Assembly: GCA_963699755.1 (NCBI GenBank)
Contig: CAVOVB010000010.1
Coordinates: 96,001 to 160,000 of the forward strand
DNA length: 64,000 nucleotides
Reading direction: 5' to 3'
DNA from: an uncultured delta proteobacterium
GTDB lineage: Bacteria; Myxococcota_A; Polyangia; Polyangiales; Houyiibacteriaceae
Shown here one piece after another: positions 54,695-64,000 of the stretch; the stretch's first letter is position 1; every line of letters starts with the position of its first letter. The translations under genes and the position numbers were made by a program. The notes under the pieces are model-generated. The model did not search any database, was not told the DNA's origin, and worked only from the letters and a program-made list of their open reading frames with translations.

Positions 54695-55477
54695 ATGTTT
54701 CTGGACGCAGCAGCGCTCATCGAGCAGGACGACACGGGCGATGCGAAAGAGCCCCGGCTGGCGGGCAGCTTGGGCGGCAACGCCGTGGCCGTCTGGCTCC
54801 AATGGGACGGCGACCGCCACAATGTGTGGGCCAACATCTATGATGTAGGGGCTGGTTGGCGAGCTGCCCAAGCCATCGAAGATCGCAGTGGAGAGGCGGA
54901 GGCTCCCCATGTGGCGATGAGCCCCGCCGGAGGCACAGCGATCGCGGTGTGGAGCCAACCCGACGACGGCACGCTCGTTCGAGTCTGGGCCAAGCGCTAC
55001 GAGATGGGCTGGGGCGAGCCCGAGCCCCTCGAGGCCGACACCGGCGTGCCGTCCATGCCGGAAGTGGCGATGGACCCCGCTGGCAACGCCGTCGCGGTTT
55101 GGGTGCAGAGGGACGGCACCACCCAAAACCTCATGGCGAAGCGTTATGAATATGCGGGCGGTTGGCAAGCCGCTGAGGCCATCGACCAGGGCGACGGCGA
55201 TGCCTCGAGGCCGCACGTGGCGATGGATCCCACCGGTAACGCCATGGCGGTCTGGCAGCAGAGCGACCGCTTCCAATCCAACATCTGGTCGAGGCACTAC
55301 GACGCCGGGACCCGACGATGGGGCGAGGCCGAGCTCGTGGAAACCCGCGACGGCACTGCCTCGGCGCCCCGCGTGAGCATGGATGCCGAGGGCAATGCCA
55401 TTGCAGTCTGGTATCAGTGGGACGAGACCCTCAGCCACAACGACATCTGGGCCAACCGCTGGGCACCGGCTCAGTGA
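54695..55477 (+). CDS. Beta-propeller-like repeat protein, probably 5'-truncated
   Basis: Five units of about 48 aa: P.VAMD..GNA.AVW.Q.....N.WA.RY....GW; no signal peptide; abuts the IS remnant. Confidence 0.7.
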   Translation: MFLDAAALIEQDDTGDAKEPRLAGSLGGNAVAVWLQWDGDRHNVWANIYDVGAGWRAAQAIEDRSGEAEAPHVAMSPAGGTAIAVWSQPDDGTLVRVWAKRYEMGWGEPEPLEADTGVPSMPEVAMDPAGNAVAVWVQRDGTTQNLMAKRYEYAGGWQAAEAIDQGDGDASRPHVAMDPTGNAMAVWQQSDRFQSNIWSRHYDAGTRRWGEAELVETRDGTASAPRVSMDAEGNAIAVWYQWDETLSHNDIWANRWAPAQ

Positions 55478-55522
55478 AAGTTCGTCGACTCTCGACGAGA
55501 AGAGATCACGGCCAAGTGACGT

Positions 55523-56662
55523 TCAGGGTTGCGGGCCGGGCGGTCGAGGCCGAGAACCAAGAGTGACTGGCGGCGGAACGCGCTCCCACTGCCCATCGGG
55601 CCGCAGCGTCATCTCTGCCGTGTACGCATCGTCCAAGAACTGCGCGAGGCCTGCAAAGAAGGCGAAGTGGTCATACACCTTGGGGCGACTCGGATGGAAC
55701 GGTAGGCCGACCTCGGCGATGTGGTCTGCCCGGAGCGCCCCGAGCGGTTGCCAGTCGTGTCGCGCCTCGGCGCCAGCCGGCAGCGTGGTTTCGCCGCCCC
55801 CTGCGCGGAGCTCGGTCCCGAAGAGCGAGCTCGTCACGGTCACCAAGCCGTCGTTTGGGCCGCCGCCTTCGGCTGATGGCTGCCGATTCAGGAGCTCGTA
55901 GCTCGGACGAAGCAGCGGGGCGACCGCACGAGCCGAGATGGGATCGCCTGCAACGGCGTAATACCTCACCCCTGGTGCGTCTCGAATGATGCGGTTGAAA
56001 TCCCGAAGCATGAACTTGCGCGTGAGCGCGGTGACGGCGTCGTCGATGTTCTGCGGCCGCTTCGTGACGAGGAAGGCGATCAGCTCCATCGTCCGCTTGA
56101 TGCTTTCCACGGCCTCGTAGTGCCCCGGAATCTTCTGATCGATTGCATCTGCGACGTACGAGCCGAAGTGCGGGGTGGCGATGGTCGTCACCGAGGCCAC
56201 CCGCTCCGAATAGCCACGTCCGGTCAGCGCGCCGATTTCTGTTTCCTCCGGCGGCCCGGGGGGCGCGACTAGAACGCGAGCGTCGAGCCCACCCTGACTG
56301 TGCCCGACCAGATGTACTTTTCGTGCGCCTGTTGTCGCGCGGATCTCTTCGATGGCCTGCTCCCACTGCGCAGCTCGGGCGAGCGGGTCGTCGAAAGGCG
56401 CCACCTCCGGCGCAAATGCCCGATAGCCCATGGCATTGAGCAATCGGCGCACGCTTTCGAAATACTCGAGCAAAATCCATCGGCCTACCTGGATCTCCCG
56501 GAAACCCGCAAAACCATGCATCAGCACGATCGGCTCACAGGAGGTGCGTGTGGGGTGCGCAGGCGCTTGCTCCACGGCATGAAGCGCCGACGCGGCCAAC
56601 GCTTTTCCGCCAAGCGCCAAAATCCGTCCGCCCGACCTGACGAGCTCTACGCTCTTCATCAT
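55523..56662 (-). CDS. Triacylglycerol lipase/esterase (alpha/beta hydrolase)
   Basis: PIVLMHGFAG, GHSQGG, TIATPHFGS, NDGLV, DH; GGAGG RBS. Confidence 0.9.
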   Translation of the reverse strand: MMKSVELVRSGGRILALGGKALAASALHAVEQAPAHPTRTSCEPIVLMHGFAGFREIQVGRWILLEYFESVRRLLNAMGYRAFAPEVAPFDDPLARAAQWEQAIEEIRATTGARKVHLVGHSQGGLDARVLVAPPGPPEETEIGALTGRGYSERVASVTTIATPHFGSYVADAIDQKIPGHYEAVESIKRTMELIAFLVTKRPQNIDDAVTALTRKFMLRDFNRIIRDAPGVRYYAVAGDPISARAVAPLLRPSYELLNRQPSAEGGGPNDGLVTVTSSLFGTELRAGGGETTLPAGAEARHDWQPLGALRADHIAEVGLPFHPSRPKVYDHFAFFAGLAQFLDDAYTAEMTLRPDGQWERVPPPVTLGSRPRPPGPQP

Positions 56663-56692
56663 GACCACCTCCGATCGTCCTTCACTGACGAA

Positions 56693-56708
56693 TGCACAGG
56701 GCGTGCCA
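56693..56708 (-). promoter_or_regulatory. Sigma54-type -24/-12 promoter
   Basis: TGGCACGCCCTGTGCA (GG-N10-GC) about 30 bp upstream of the lipase start. Confidence 0.6.
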
Positions 56709-56993
56709 GCAAATCACTCAGAAGACGGCTCAGCGCGCGCGAGGATTGCGTCGGTCAGCCGCGTTGACGCAGTCGTTGCGCGGCCACTACCCTGGATTGC
56801 GGCAGGCCTCGACGTCTGCTTTCGAGAGCCCGAGCGCGCATCACTTGCGTTTGATGGGCGTCTTGCGCACAAAATTCGCCTTGGCCGGAGACCTCATCCG
56901 CCTCGCTGGCTTGCTTTCCGGCCTTTCTGCGCCGATCCAGTAACGGTGTTCGTTGGTACGCGGATCGCATGCATCCCTCGATGGAGGTGCGCC

Positions 56994-58304
56994 ATGGGAC
57001 ACATGAGCCAACTCAAGGAAGAGTATCGGGCGCTGATGGAACGACTCGACCATCACGCGGTCTCCATGCCGAGGCCGGAGGATGAGCATGCACTCGAGGG
57101 CTGGCGCGAGTTGCTCGAGGTCATGTACACGCCGGACGAGGCCGAGCTCGCATCACGGATGCCAATGGTGCCGACGTCGCTCAGACGCTTGGCCCGACGC
57201 TACGACATGCCCGAAGCGGAGCTGAAGGATAGGCTCGAGCCCTTGTGCGACAAGGGGCTAGTCATGGACTTGGTCAGCCCCAAGACCGGCGAGGCGAAGT
57301 ATCTCCTCGCGCCGCCCGTCGTTGGCTTCTTCGAGTTCTCGATGATGCGCGCGCACGACATGTTCGACAAGCTGGCAGTCGCAAAAGCGATGGACGCGTA
57401 CATGCACGGTGACGACACCTTCGCTCGCGAGGTGTTTGGTAATGATACCGTCATCGGACGTGCCATGGTGCACGAGGATGTGCTGTCCCAAGGAATTCCC
57501 GAAGTGCTCGACTGGGAGCGCACGACGAAGCTCATCGAGGAATCCGAACGGATCGCCGTCTCCCATTGCTACTGTCGGCACAAGGCCGAGCATCTGGGCA
57601 GGGCTTGTGACGTTCCCCAAGAGATCTGTCTGTCGCTCAACGGCGGGGCAGACTTCGTCATTCGGCGCGGCTTCGGTCGTCCGATCGAAAAGCAAGAGGC
57701 TCTGAGCATCGTGAAAAAGGCGCGGAAGCTCGGTCTGGTCCAGATCGCCGACAACGTGAAAAACGAGCCCGCCTACGTCTGCAATTGCTGTGCATGCTGC
57801 TGCGGGCAGCTTTCGAGCATCAACGAGTTCGGGCTCAAGGCGGTCAACCCCAGCGGTTTCGAGCCGGCGTACCACCCCGACGATTGCAAAGGCTGCTCGC
57901 GCTGCTCTCGGGCGTGTCCCGTCGCGGCAATCACGATGGCGCCTGCGCGCGCCGGAGGGCAACGCAAGAACGAGCTGCGCGCAGTCTTCGATTCGGATCT
58001 CTGCATCGGTTGCGGCGTTTGCGCCACGACCTGCAAGCAGCACGCGATCAACATGCAGCGGCGCGACAAGCCGAGCCACGTGCCCGAGAACACCATCGAG
58101 CGGGTGGTACGCCAGATGGTCGAGCACGGTCGCCTGGCCGACCTTCTCTTCGACGAGAGCGAGAGCCGGGGCGCGGCGTTTTTCAACCACGCCGTGCAGG
58201 CGATCACCAAGCTTCCTCCCGCGCAGCGGGCGCTTGCTTCGGATCAGGTGAGATCGCGCTTCGTGCAGTTCGTGGTCAAGAACGCACCGGTCACCGACGC
58301 CTGA
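56994..58304 (+). CDS. 4Fe-4S dicluster domain protein with extra Cys cluster and N-terminal wHTH-like region
   Basis: CYCRH, CNCCACCC, CKGCSRCSRACP, CIGCGVCATTC; GGAGG RBS before MGHMSQ. Confidence 0.9.
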   Translation: MGHMSQLKEEYRALMERLDHHAVSMPRPEDEHALEGWRELLEVMYTPDEAELASRMPMVPTSLRRLARRYDMPEAELKDRLEPLCDKGLVMDLVSPKTGEAKYLLAPPVVGFFEFSMMRAHDMFDKLAVAKAMDAYMHGDDTFAREVFGNDTVIGRAMVHEDVLSQGIPEVLDWERTTKLIEESERIAVSHCYCRHKAEHLGRACDVPQEICLSLNGGADFVIRRGFGRPIEKQEALSIVKKARKLGLVQIADNVKNEPAYVCNCCACCCGQLSSINEFGLKAVNPSGFEPAYHPDDCKGCSRCSRACPVAAITMAPARAGGQRKNELRAVFDSDLCIGCGVCATTCKQHAINMQRRDKPSHVPENTIERVVRQMVEHGRLADLLFDESESRGAAFFNHAVQAITKLPPAQRALASDQVRSRFVQFVVKNAPVTDA

Positions 58305-58322
58305 GGCTTTCGGGGAGTGGCA

Positions 58323-59465
58323 ATGGACACGAGTGACGCAGGACCGAACGAATTTTCGGTAGTCACGACGATCGCCGAGCGCATCAAAGATCTCATTGGC
58401 CAGCTCAACAGAGACCGCATCATCGATTTGTTCGGCCAGCATCTACGACAGCTTCGCTTGATCGACGGCACGGGCAGATGGCAAGCGCAGAAACTGACGG
58501 CACTCGGCGACTGGCTGCGAGGCGAAGAGCTCGACATGCACGACGCGCTCGACCTCGTCGACGAGGCAGCTCGCTGCGCTCGGGCCAACCCGTATCTCGT
58601 CGAGCTCCTGAATCAGGCCAAAGGCAAGGCCTCCGAGCGTCTGCGTCACAAGGTGCAAACCGAGGGAGCAACGGTTCTACCCTCGGTTGTGACCTACGGG
58701 TTGCTTCTCGAGCGCCTGACCCGAGCCATGCGCGACGATTGGGAGGTCATCGAAGCCTGCCGCGAGGTATGGCTCCGAGCTCGAGACGAAGAAGACACGA
58801 GGAGTCACTGGGCGTCCTTCGAGGTCGCCAAGGTCGTTTCGATCGACATCACGATCGACCGGGTTATCCGGTTTCACAAGGCGGGGGCCGTGGATCCGGG
58901 CTTCACCAGATTGCTGCTGCCCGTGAACATCATCGAGGCGATGCTCGAAGACATCAGGCTGGGTCATCGAGACAACGCCGCCAGTGCGTGGCCGCTCGTC
59001 AAGGACCGGCCTGGGTCACGGGCGCGCGCGGCGAAAACCGGCGGGGTCGCTGCGCGTTGGTCGGAGGACAGGAAAGCGATCTTGTTGAGCTTCGCGCTGC
59101 CACGCCGATGGGCGGATTTGTATGCGACCTGGAATCTCGCCTTCGTTTCCCACTACGGTGATTTCCCGTATCTGATGACGAAGCTGCTCATTCCTCAGGT
59201 GAACGGCTATCAGGATTCACCGGAGGAGTACATCTACAACCGCCTCTTGGCTCTGTACTGCCAACTGCACTACACGAGCTTCGGGCGTATCGACCTTGCA
59301 AGGCAGGGTCGCGCCGCGATGGATTGGCATGACGAGGCGCTCACCAAGCTCTGGAGCAGAGTCAACAAAGAGAGCGCCAAGCAGTACTCAGAGGCGGTCA
59401 AGCATCTCGAGCTCAGCGACGTAGGCGGCTCGAGAGCCGCCGCGACTAGTGGTCAATCCCATTGA
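58323..59465 (+). CDS. Hypothetical protein
   Basis: About 380-aa ORF 18 bp downstream of the Fe-S gene, GGAG RBS; motifs VNIIEAMLED and WADLYATWNLAFV. Confidence 0.8.
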   Translation: MDTSDAGPNEFSVVTTIAERIKDLIGQLNRDRIIDLFGQHLRQLRLIDGTGRWQAQKLTALGDWLRGEELDMHDALDLVDEAARCARANPYLVELLNQAKGKASERLRHKVQTEGATVLPSVVTYGLLLERLTRAMRDDWEVIEACREVWLRARDEEDTRSHWASFEVAKVVSIDITIDRVIRFHKAGAVDPGFTRLLLPVNIIEAMLEDIRLGHRDNAASAWPLVKDRPGSRARAAKTGGVAARWSEDRKAILLSFALPRRWADLYATWNLAFVSHYGDFPYLMTKLLIPQVNGYQDSPEEYIYNRLLALYCQLHYTSFGRIDLARQGRAAMDWHDEALTKLWSRVNKESAKQYSEAVKHLELSDVGGSRAAATSGQSH

Positions 59466-59567
59466 CACGCTGCTCGGGCGACACGAGGCGGTCGTCGATG
59501 GCAGCTTCGGAAGTGGGCGCGCTAGCCCGCAAGGGAGGCAGGTCCCCAAGGAGTGTTTGGTAACTAG

Positions 59568-60629
59568 ATCTACAAGGTTCGGTTCAGGCACCGCGGGAAG
59601 AGATTCCACCTCTCCACGGGCACGCGAAATAAGAAAGATGCTGGGTCGTCGCAGCCCGGGTCTACGCTGAGACCATCTCGGGCAACGGGCGACGGACCGA
59701 GCGAGTCGCACGAAGACCGCTCGACGCCGTAGCTGCCGACTGGCTCGATGCCATTGAACCCCCGATCGTGTCTCAAGACACGTGGAAGTACGACTTCGAG
59801 TTCTGCCGGAAGAAGCTCATTCCCCATTCCCGCCACATGGAGCTGATTACGGAGGTCCGCGTCGAGGACTACATCACGACTCGACTTCGCTCGGTGAGGC
59901 GCTCCTCGGTCAAAAAAGAGCTCGGCTCACTCCGGCGATTCATCACTTGGGCCGTGAAGAGGGGCGAGCTCGCTTCGTTCCAGTTTCCGAAGCTTCCCAA
60001 GCAAGCGAAGGGAACACGGCAGCTAGATCGACCGTTGATCGAGCTATCGCGGGAACAAGCAGAAGCTTGTGATTCGAGCCCTCCCCGTCCGCACACGAAA
60101 CGGCCATCGTCCAAGGGCTCTATTTACGGTCTTTTGGGAAACCGGCCCACGGCTCAAGGGCGTGCAGCGACTAACCTCTCCGCGGAACTTCAAGAGGGGG
60201 CCGCGGTCCTCTGGATCACCGAAGACGTCGACAAGAACGGCTACAATCGGGACCTTCCACTCACGCCCCGCGCGCGTGCGGCGCTCGACTCTGTGGCGAA
60301 GCCCAAGGGCCTTCTGTTCGGCGCATACAGCTACAAACGCATACTGCAAGCCGCAGCGTTGGACGCAGGCCTGTCCGAGTACGAGGCGCAATACATCAAC
60401 GCACGCTCGTTCCGGCATGCCGCCGTCACCGATATGACGGCGCACAGCAAGGAGCTCGCCGGCGTCTCGTACCTCGCGGGCCATCGAGATGTGCAGACCA
60501 CTTCCCGGTATGTTCATCCGCCGTTCGAAGCCGGTAAACGAGTCAACGATGCGCGCTTTCTGGACACCATTTGGGACAGGAGCGAGTTATACGAAGAAGG
60601 CGAAATCGCTAACTCGTTGAAATCCTTTG
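59568..60629 (+). pseudogene. Tyrosine recombinase/phage integrase pseudogene
   Basis: N-terminal IYKVRFRH...LSTGTRN after a TAG at 59565; ELGSLRRFITWA; WETGPR (Arg, shifted frame), DKNG, RSFRH, LAGH, TTSRY; several frameshifts. Confidence 0.85.
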
Positions 60630-60703
60630 CGGACGCGGAGGGATTCGAACCCACGACTTCTGCCTCCGGAGGGCAGCGCTCTATCCAACTGAGCTACGCG
60701 TCC
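60630..60703 (-). tRNA. tRNA-Arg (anticodon CCG); CCA not encoded
   Basis: GGACGCG TAGCTCAGTTGGATAGAGC G CTGCC CTCCGGA GGCAG AAGTC GTGG GTTCGAATC CCTC CGCGTCC G folds as a cloverleaf. Confidence 0.96.
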
Positions 60704-60810
60704 ATCCCCGTTTTTTGCCGGGTGAAGTCGTTGTTCCCGGTCGGAGACCGCCCAATGTTACAGCTCCCGTTGCAGTTGCAAGCCGACGATCGTCCTGGCC
60801 CCTCTGATGG

Positions 60811-61000
60811 CTAGGCCTCTGGCACCCTGCGCAGCAGGACAATGGCGCAGGCGATTACGAGGAACGACACCATGATGAGCGCCATCTCCAGCGGGGCCAT
60901 GCGAAACTGCTCGGGCTTCGCCGGAGATACTGGGACGCCTCCGTGGTGAGGATGAGCATCCGCCGGACCCCTGCGGGCGGCGCGACGATGAGAAGGAGCA
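60811..61000 (-). pseudogene. Possible PsiE-like membrane protein C-terminal remnant
   Basis: GVRRMLILTTEA, then frame change to PEQFRMAPLEMALIMVSFLVIACAIVLLRR. Confidence 0.4.
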
Positions 61001-61205
61001 CGCATCGATGCTTCTCGGGTAGATTCGACGAAAAGACGAGGTGTTCAACGGGGAGCTTCGGGATAAGCTATTTGGCGACAAGAGTATCGCAAGCCTTGAG
61101 GAGCAGCACATCGATTGAGCTCCGGATCGCCGTTGGCAGGCGGACCAGGTCAGATGTCAGCTCGCGCGACTTCCAACGCCGAGGGGGCGCTGAAGGAATG
61201 AAGAA

Positions 61206-61949
61206 ATGACGGTACTCGGTTGGATCGTCCTGACTGGCTTCGGAATGAGCGCGATCGCGCTGGTTGGGAGCATCACGCTCCTCATGAAAAAGGCCACGCT
61301 CGATCGAATCATCATGCCGCTCGTTGCTTTTGCGGCCGGGTCGCTTCTGGGAGGCGCATTCTTTCACATGCTCCCGGCGGCGTCGGAGAGCATCGCCGAG
61401 CCCGCGTTGGTCTACCTGTGGACACTGACCGGTTTCACCGCGTTCTTTGCGCTGGAGCAATTTCTTCATTGGCATCATTGCCATCGAGCCTCTTTGGACT
61501 GCAAGGAGCCTCTTACACGCTTGATCTTGATCGGAGATGGCCTGCACAACTTCTTGGGCGGGCTTGGCGTGGGAGCCGTGTTCCTCACGGATGTCCGACT
61601 CGGGATCGCAGCCTGGCTTGCTGCCGCTGCACACGAGGTCCCCCAGGAGCTGGGCGACTTCGGTGTGCTGATTCATGGGGGATGGAGCAGAAGAAAGGCC
61701 CTGCTGTTCAATTGGCTCTCGGGCCTCACGTTCTTGGTTGGCGGTATTACGGCATGGATGGCTTCAGCGACGCTCGAAATCTCCTTTCTCGTTCCTTTTG
61801 CAGCAGGAAACTTCATCTACATCGGGGCTTCCGACCTCGTGCCTGAAGTGAATAAGCACACCGATCCCGTCACGAACATCATTCATTTCCTATGTTTCGT
61901 GTTTGGGCTTGGACTGCTCTGGCTCATGCGATTGGCACTGACCTCCTGA
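61206..61949 (+). CDS. ZIP family metal transporter
   Basis: FAAGSLLG, HWHHCH, GDGLHNF, HEVPQELGDF, YIGASDLVPE. Confidence 0.93.
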   Translation: MTVLGWIVLTGFGMSAIALVGSITLLMKKATLDRIIMPLVAFAAGSLLGGAFFHMLPAASESIAEPALVYLWTLTGFTAFFALEQFLHWHHCHRASLDCKEPLTRLILIGDGLHNFLGGLGVGAVFLTDVRLGIAAWLAAAAHEVPQELGDFGVLIHGGWSRRKALLFNWLSGLTFLVGGITAWMASATLEISFLVPFAAGNFIYIGASDLVPEVNKHTDPVTNIIHFLCFVFGLGLLWLMRLALTS

Positions 61950-62319
61950 GGGAGGCTCTGACGACAACGAACAGGGAACGTCGATGGCCGGACCTGATGG
62001 GCTCGATCTCGGCAATCTCCTCGAGCAGTTGCGAGAGCGTTAGCACCGAGACTAGGCGCTCGAAACCCGTATCAGCCAGCAGCGTTTGCACCTCCGAAGT
62101 GGAGTAGAACGTGGCCTCTCGGTAGAACGCGTTCTCGAGCTGCTCGTGGAGATCTTGTTCCCCCAGCTCGCTTGCTCGATCGACGAAACCGGTGACGAGG
62201 TGTCCGCCGGGCCGCAACACCCGTCTTGCCTCGGTGAGCATCCGACGAGCATCGTCGACGAAGCAGACCGTCTTCAGGGCCAACACCCACGCGATCGCGG
62301 GCATCAGTGCGAGAGCCAA
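61924..62319 (-). pseudogene. SAM methyltransferase C-terminal remnant
   Basis: TVCFVDD...EARRVLRPGG...FYREATFYS; motif I missing. Confidence 0.65.
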
Positions 62320-62426
62320 GTTCGGAATCCTGTTGAAGTGGCGCGGACAGTTGCGCTACGTTGCGCCAAGCAAACGGGGGCCGACTGTGCCCATACAACT
62401 AGGGACGGGGTCCGGAGGAGACGGTA

Positions 62427-62696
62427 ATGGCGACTGCAAAGAAGAAGAAGGGACCCGCGAAGAAGAAGTCGACGTCGTTGGGCGGACGGCTACGGGCTGA
62501 ATACGCCAAGATCAAGAAGAAAGCAGTGGCACACGAGAAAGAGTTCAAAGCAGACCTCACTGCGCTCAAGAAGAAAGCCGCCAAGAAGCGCGCCGAACAC
62601 AAGAAGGAGCTAGCAGCCGCGAAGAAGAAGCTAGCAGCCGCGGCAAAGCCCAAGAAGAAGCGCTCCACGAAAAAAGCCCCGGCCAAGAAGAAATAG
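62427..62696 (+). CDS. Histone H1-like Lys/Ala-rich basic protein
   Basis: GGAGGAG RBS; 89 aa with KKKAA and PAKKK motifs. Confidence 0.8.
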   Translation: MATAKKKKGPAKKKSTSLGGRLRAEYAKIKKKAVAHEKEFKADLTALKKKAAKKRAEHKKELAAAKKKLAAAAKPKKKRSTKKAPAKKK

Positions 62697-62843
62697 GGCC
62701 GCAACTCCATATGTTCGCCGCGGTTCCCGGCCGAGGATCCCAAACCCGGTGATTCCGATTGCTGGGATGCTCCGCTCAAAGTACGTGCGAGAGCGGGGCG
62801 TTCGCTACCCGGATCGTGCCCTCTTCGTGGTATGAGGGGCGCC

Positions 62844-63866
62844 ATGAGCTTGTGGCAGGCGGTTTTCGTATTCTTGCTGAGCGCGGCCGTGTTGGTGAGG
62901 GCCGGTTCTTCGCTGGCGGGATACGCCGACGAGATCGCGGATCGGACGAAGATGAGCCGGCTCTTCGTAGGGACGCTGCTCTTGGCCTTTGCAACTTCGC
63001 TGCCCGAGATGATCACCGAGGTCACCGCGGCAAGGGCCGGGGCGCCCGATCTTGCGCTGGGTGATTTGTTCGGTTCCTCCATGGCGAACATGGCGATCCT
63101 CGCAAGCATCGACTTGCTCTATCGCGGACGGGTTTGGCCCTCGGTCGAGCTTGGCCATGCGCGGGTGGCCGCTGTCGCCATCGGGCTGACGGCCATCGTT
63201 GCGCTGAGCATCTTCACCCAGACCACGCTCAAGATCGGCTGGGTGGGTGTCACTCCGATTCTGATCGCGATGCTCTACGTCGCCTCCATCGCTTGGTTCA
63301 GGCGCATGCCCCTTCTCGCGCGACCGGGGCTCGATGCGCCGAAGATTGCCGTCCAAAAGCCGACTGGCTGGAGCAAGAAGGCCGCGGAGCAATCAACGCC
63401 GCAGCTCTGGGCGCGATTCGCCGGGTCGGCTCTCGTGATCCTGATCACGGCGCCCGTGGTGACCGTCAGCGTGAAAGCCATCGCCGACTCCACTGGCATC
63501 GCACAAACCTTCTTGGGCGCGGCCCTGCTGGCGGTCACGACCTCCCTACCCGAGCTCATCGCCTCCGTCGCATCGGTTCGAATTGGCGCGTACGACATGG
63601 CGGTCGGCAATCTGTTCGGCAGCAACGTCGCCAATATGAGCATCCTCTTGTTTGCCGATATTGCATACACCGATGGGCCAATTCTTGCCGCAGTCTCGAG
63701 ATCGCAGATCGTGGCCGGTCTGGGCGCCATCCTGCTCATGGCCATTGCGGTCGCCTCCATCGTCGGTGAGTCGGAGCGAACACGGTTCCAGAAGTTCGAA
63801 CCCGATGCCATCGTACTGCTCGTCGCCTATGCGGCAACGCTCACAGCCATCGCCTACTACGGCTAG
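62844..63866 (+). CDS. Sodium:calcium antiporter (CaCA family)
   Basis: Two alpha repeats: ATSLPE...GDLFGSSMAN and TTSLPE...GNLFGSNVAN. Confidence 0.93.
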   Translation: MSLWQAVFVFLLSAAVLVRAGSSLAGYADEIADRTKMSRLFVGTLLLAFATSLPEMITEVTAARAGAPDLALGDLFGSSMANMAILASIDLLYRGRVWPSVELGHARVAAVAIGLTAIVALSIFTQTTLKIGWVGVTPILIAMLYVASIAWFRRMPLLARPGLDAPKIAVQKPTGWSKKAAEQSTPQLWARFAGSALVILITAPVVTVSVKAIADSTGIAQTFLGAALLAVTTSLPELIASVASVRIGAYDMAVGNLFGSNVANMSILLFADIAYTDGPILAAVSRSQIVAGLGAILLMAIAVASIVGESERTRFQKFEPDAIVLLVAYAATLTAIAYYG

Positions 63867-63895
63867 AAGGCTCTTGTGAAAGGCCAGCGGGCGCT

Positions 63896-64000
63896 TCAGT
63901 TCTGGGCTCGATTCCGCAGTGCAGACTGCGCCGCCGACAGCCGTGCGATCGGCACCCGGTAGGGGGAACAGCTCACGTAGTCCAGGCCCAAGCGATCGCA
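63896..64000 (-). CDS. ppdK: Pyruvate,phosphate dikinase, C-terminal end (partial)
   Basis: Manual translation [28 protein letters not shown]...stop. Confidence 0.9.
   Translation of the reverse strand, partial: CDRLGLDYVSCSPYRVPIARLSAAQSALRNRAQN

Noticed and set aside
7490..57705. Long antisense or alternate-frame ORFs (e.g. 7490-9196, 23107-24456, 30783-32738, 35825-37405, 49987-51273)
   Set aside because: Shadow ORFs of real genes, expected at high GC; no recognisable motifs
33451..59567. Four in-frame TAG codons (33451, 40260, 51190, 59565), all in a CTAG context, suggesting amber recoding or pyrrolysine
   Set aside because: The same genes also carry frameshifts or deletions, many intact genes here end in TAG (5149, 25755, 38449, 48868), and a preceding C is common in GC-rich codons
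60630..60814. Integrase C-terminal extension (ADAEGFEPTTSASGGQRSIQLSY)
   Set aside because: This is the antisense translation of the tRNA gene, not a protein domain
62339..62354. Sigma54 promoter for the H1-like gene (TGGCGC...TTGC)
   Set aside because: GG-to-GC spacing is 11 rather than the required 10

Overview
GC-rich bacterial chromosomal window. Lipoprotein-rich content, TGGSGG-type linkers and a CsgA-like SDR suggest Myxococcota (Polyangia-like); this is inference only. Left to right: (1) exported or lipoprotein enzymes: animal-type heme peroxidase (runs off the left edge and is missing from the ORF track), methyltransferase, serpin, pectinacetylesterase-like protein, penicillin-acylase family; (2) a lipid/heme/carotenoid-type stress cluster at 10.8-28.7 kb, where a four-gene operon (two tiny membrane proteins, a degenerate ABC1-kinase-like protein, a SOUL heme-binding protein) sits behind three 11-bp TnnACA-type direct repeats resembling a CarH/CarA operator; (3) a type I secretion-like trio whose ABC ATPase motifs are all degenerate; (4) coupled glgB and amylosucrase; (5) RND and CzcCBA-type efflux, an NMT1/THI5-type ABC importer and WS/DGAT; (6) two zones of decayed genes (32.8-40.3 kb and 50.5-62.3 kb) with in-frame stops, frameshifts, internal deletions, an IS remnant and a broken tyrosine integrase abutting tRNA-Arg(CCG); (7) ZIP transporter, histone H1-like protein, Na/Ca antiporter and the 3' end of ppdK. 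No CRISPR array, rRNA or reverse transcriptase was seen. All family calls come from motif recognition by eye; no searches were run.
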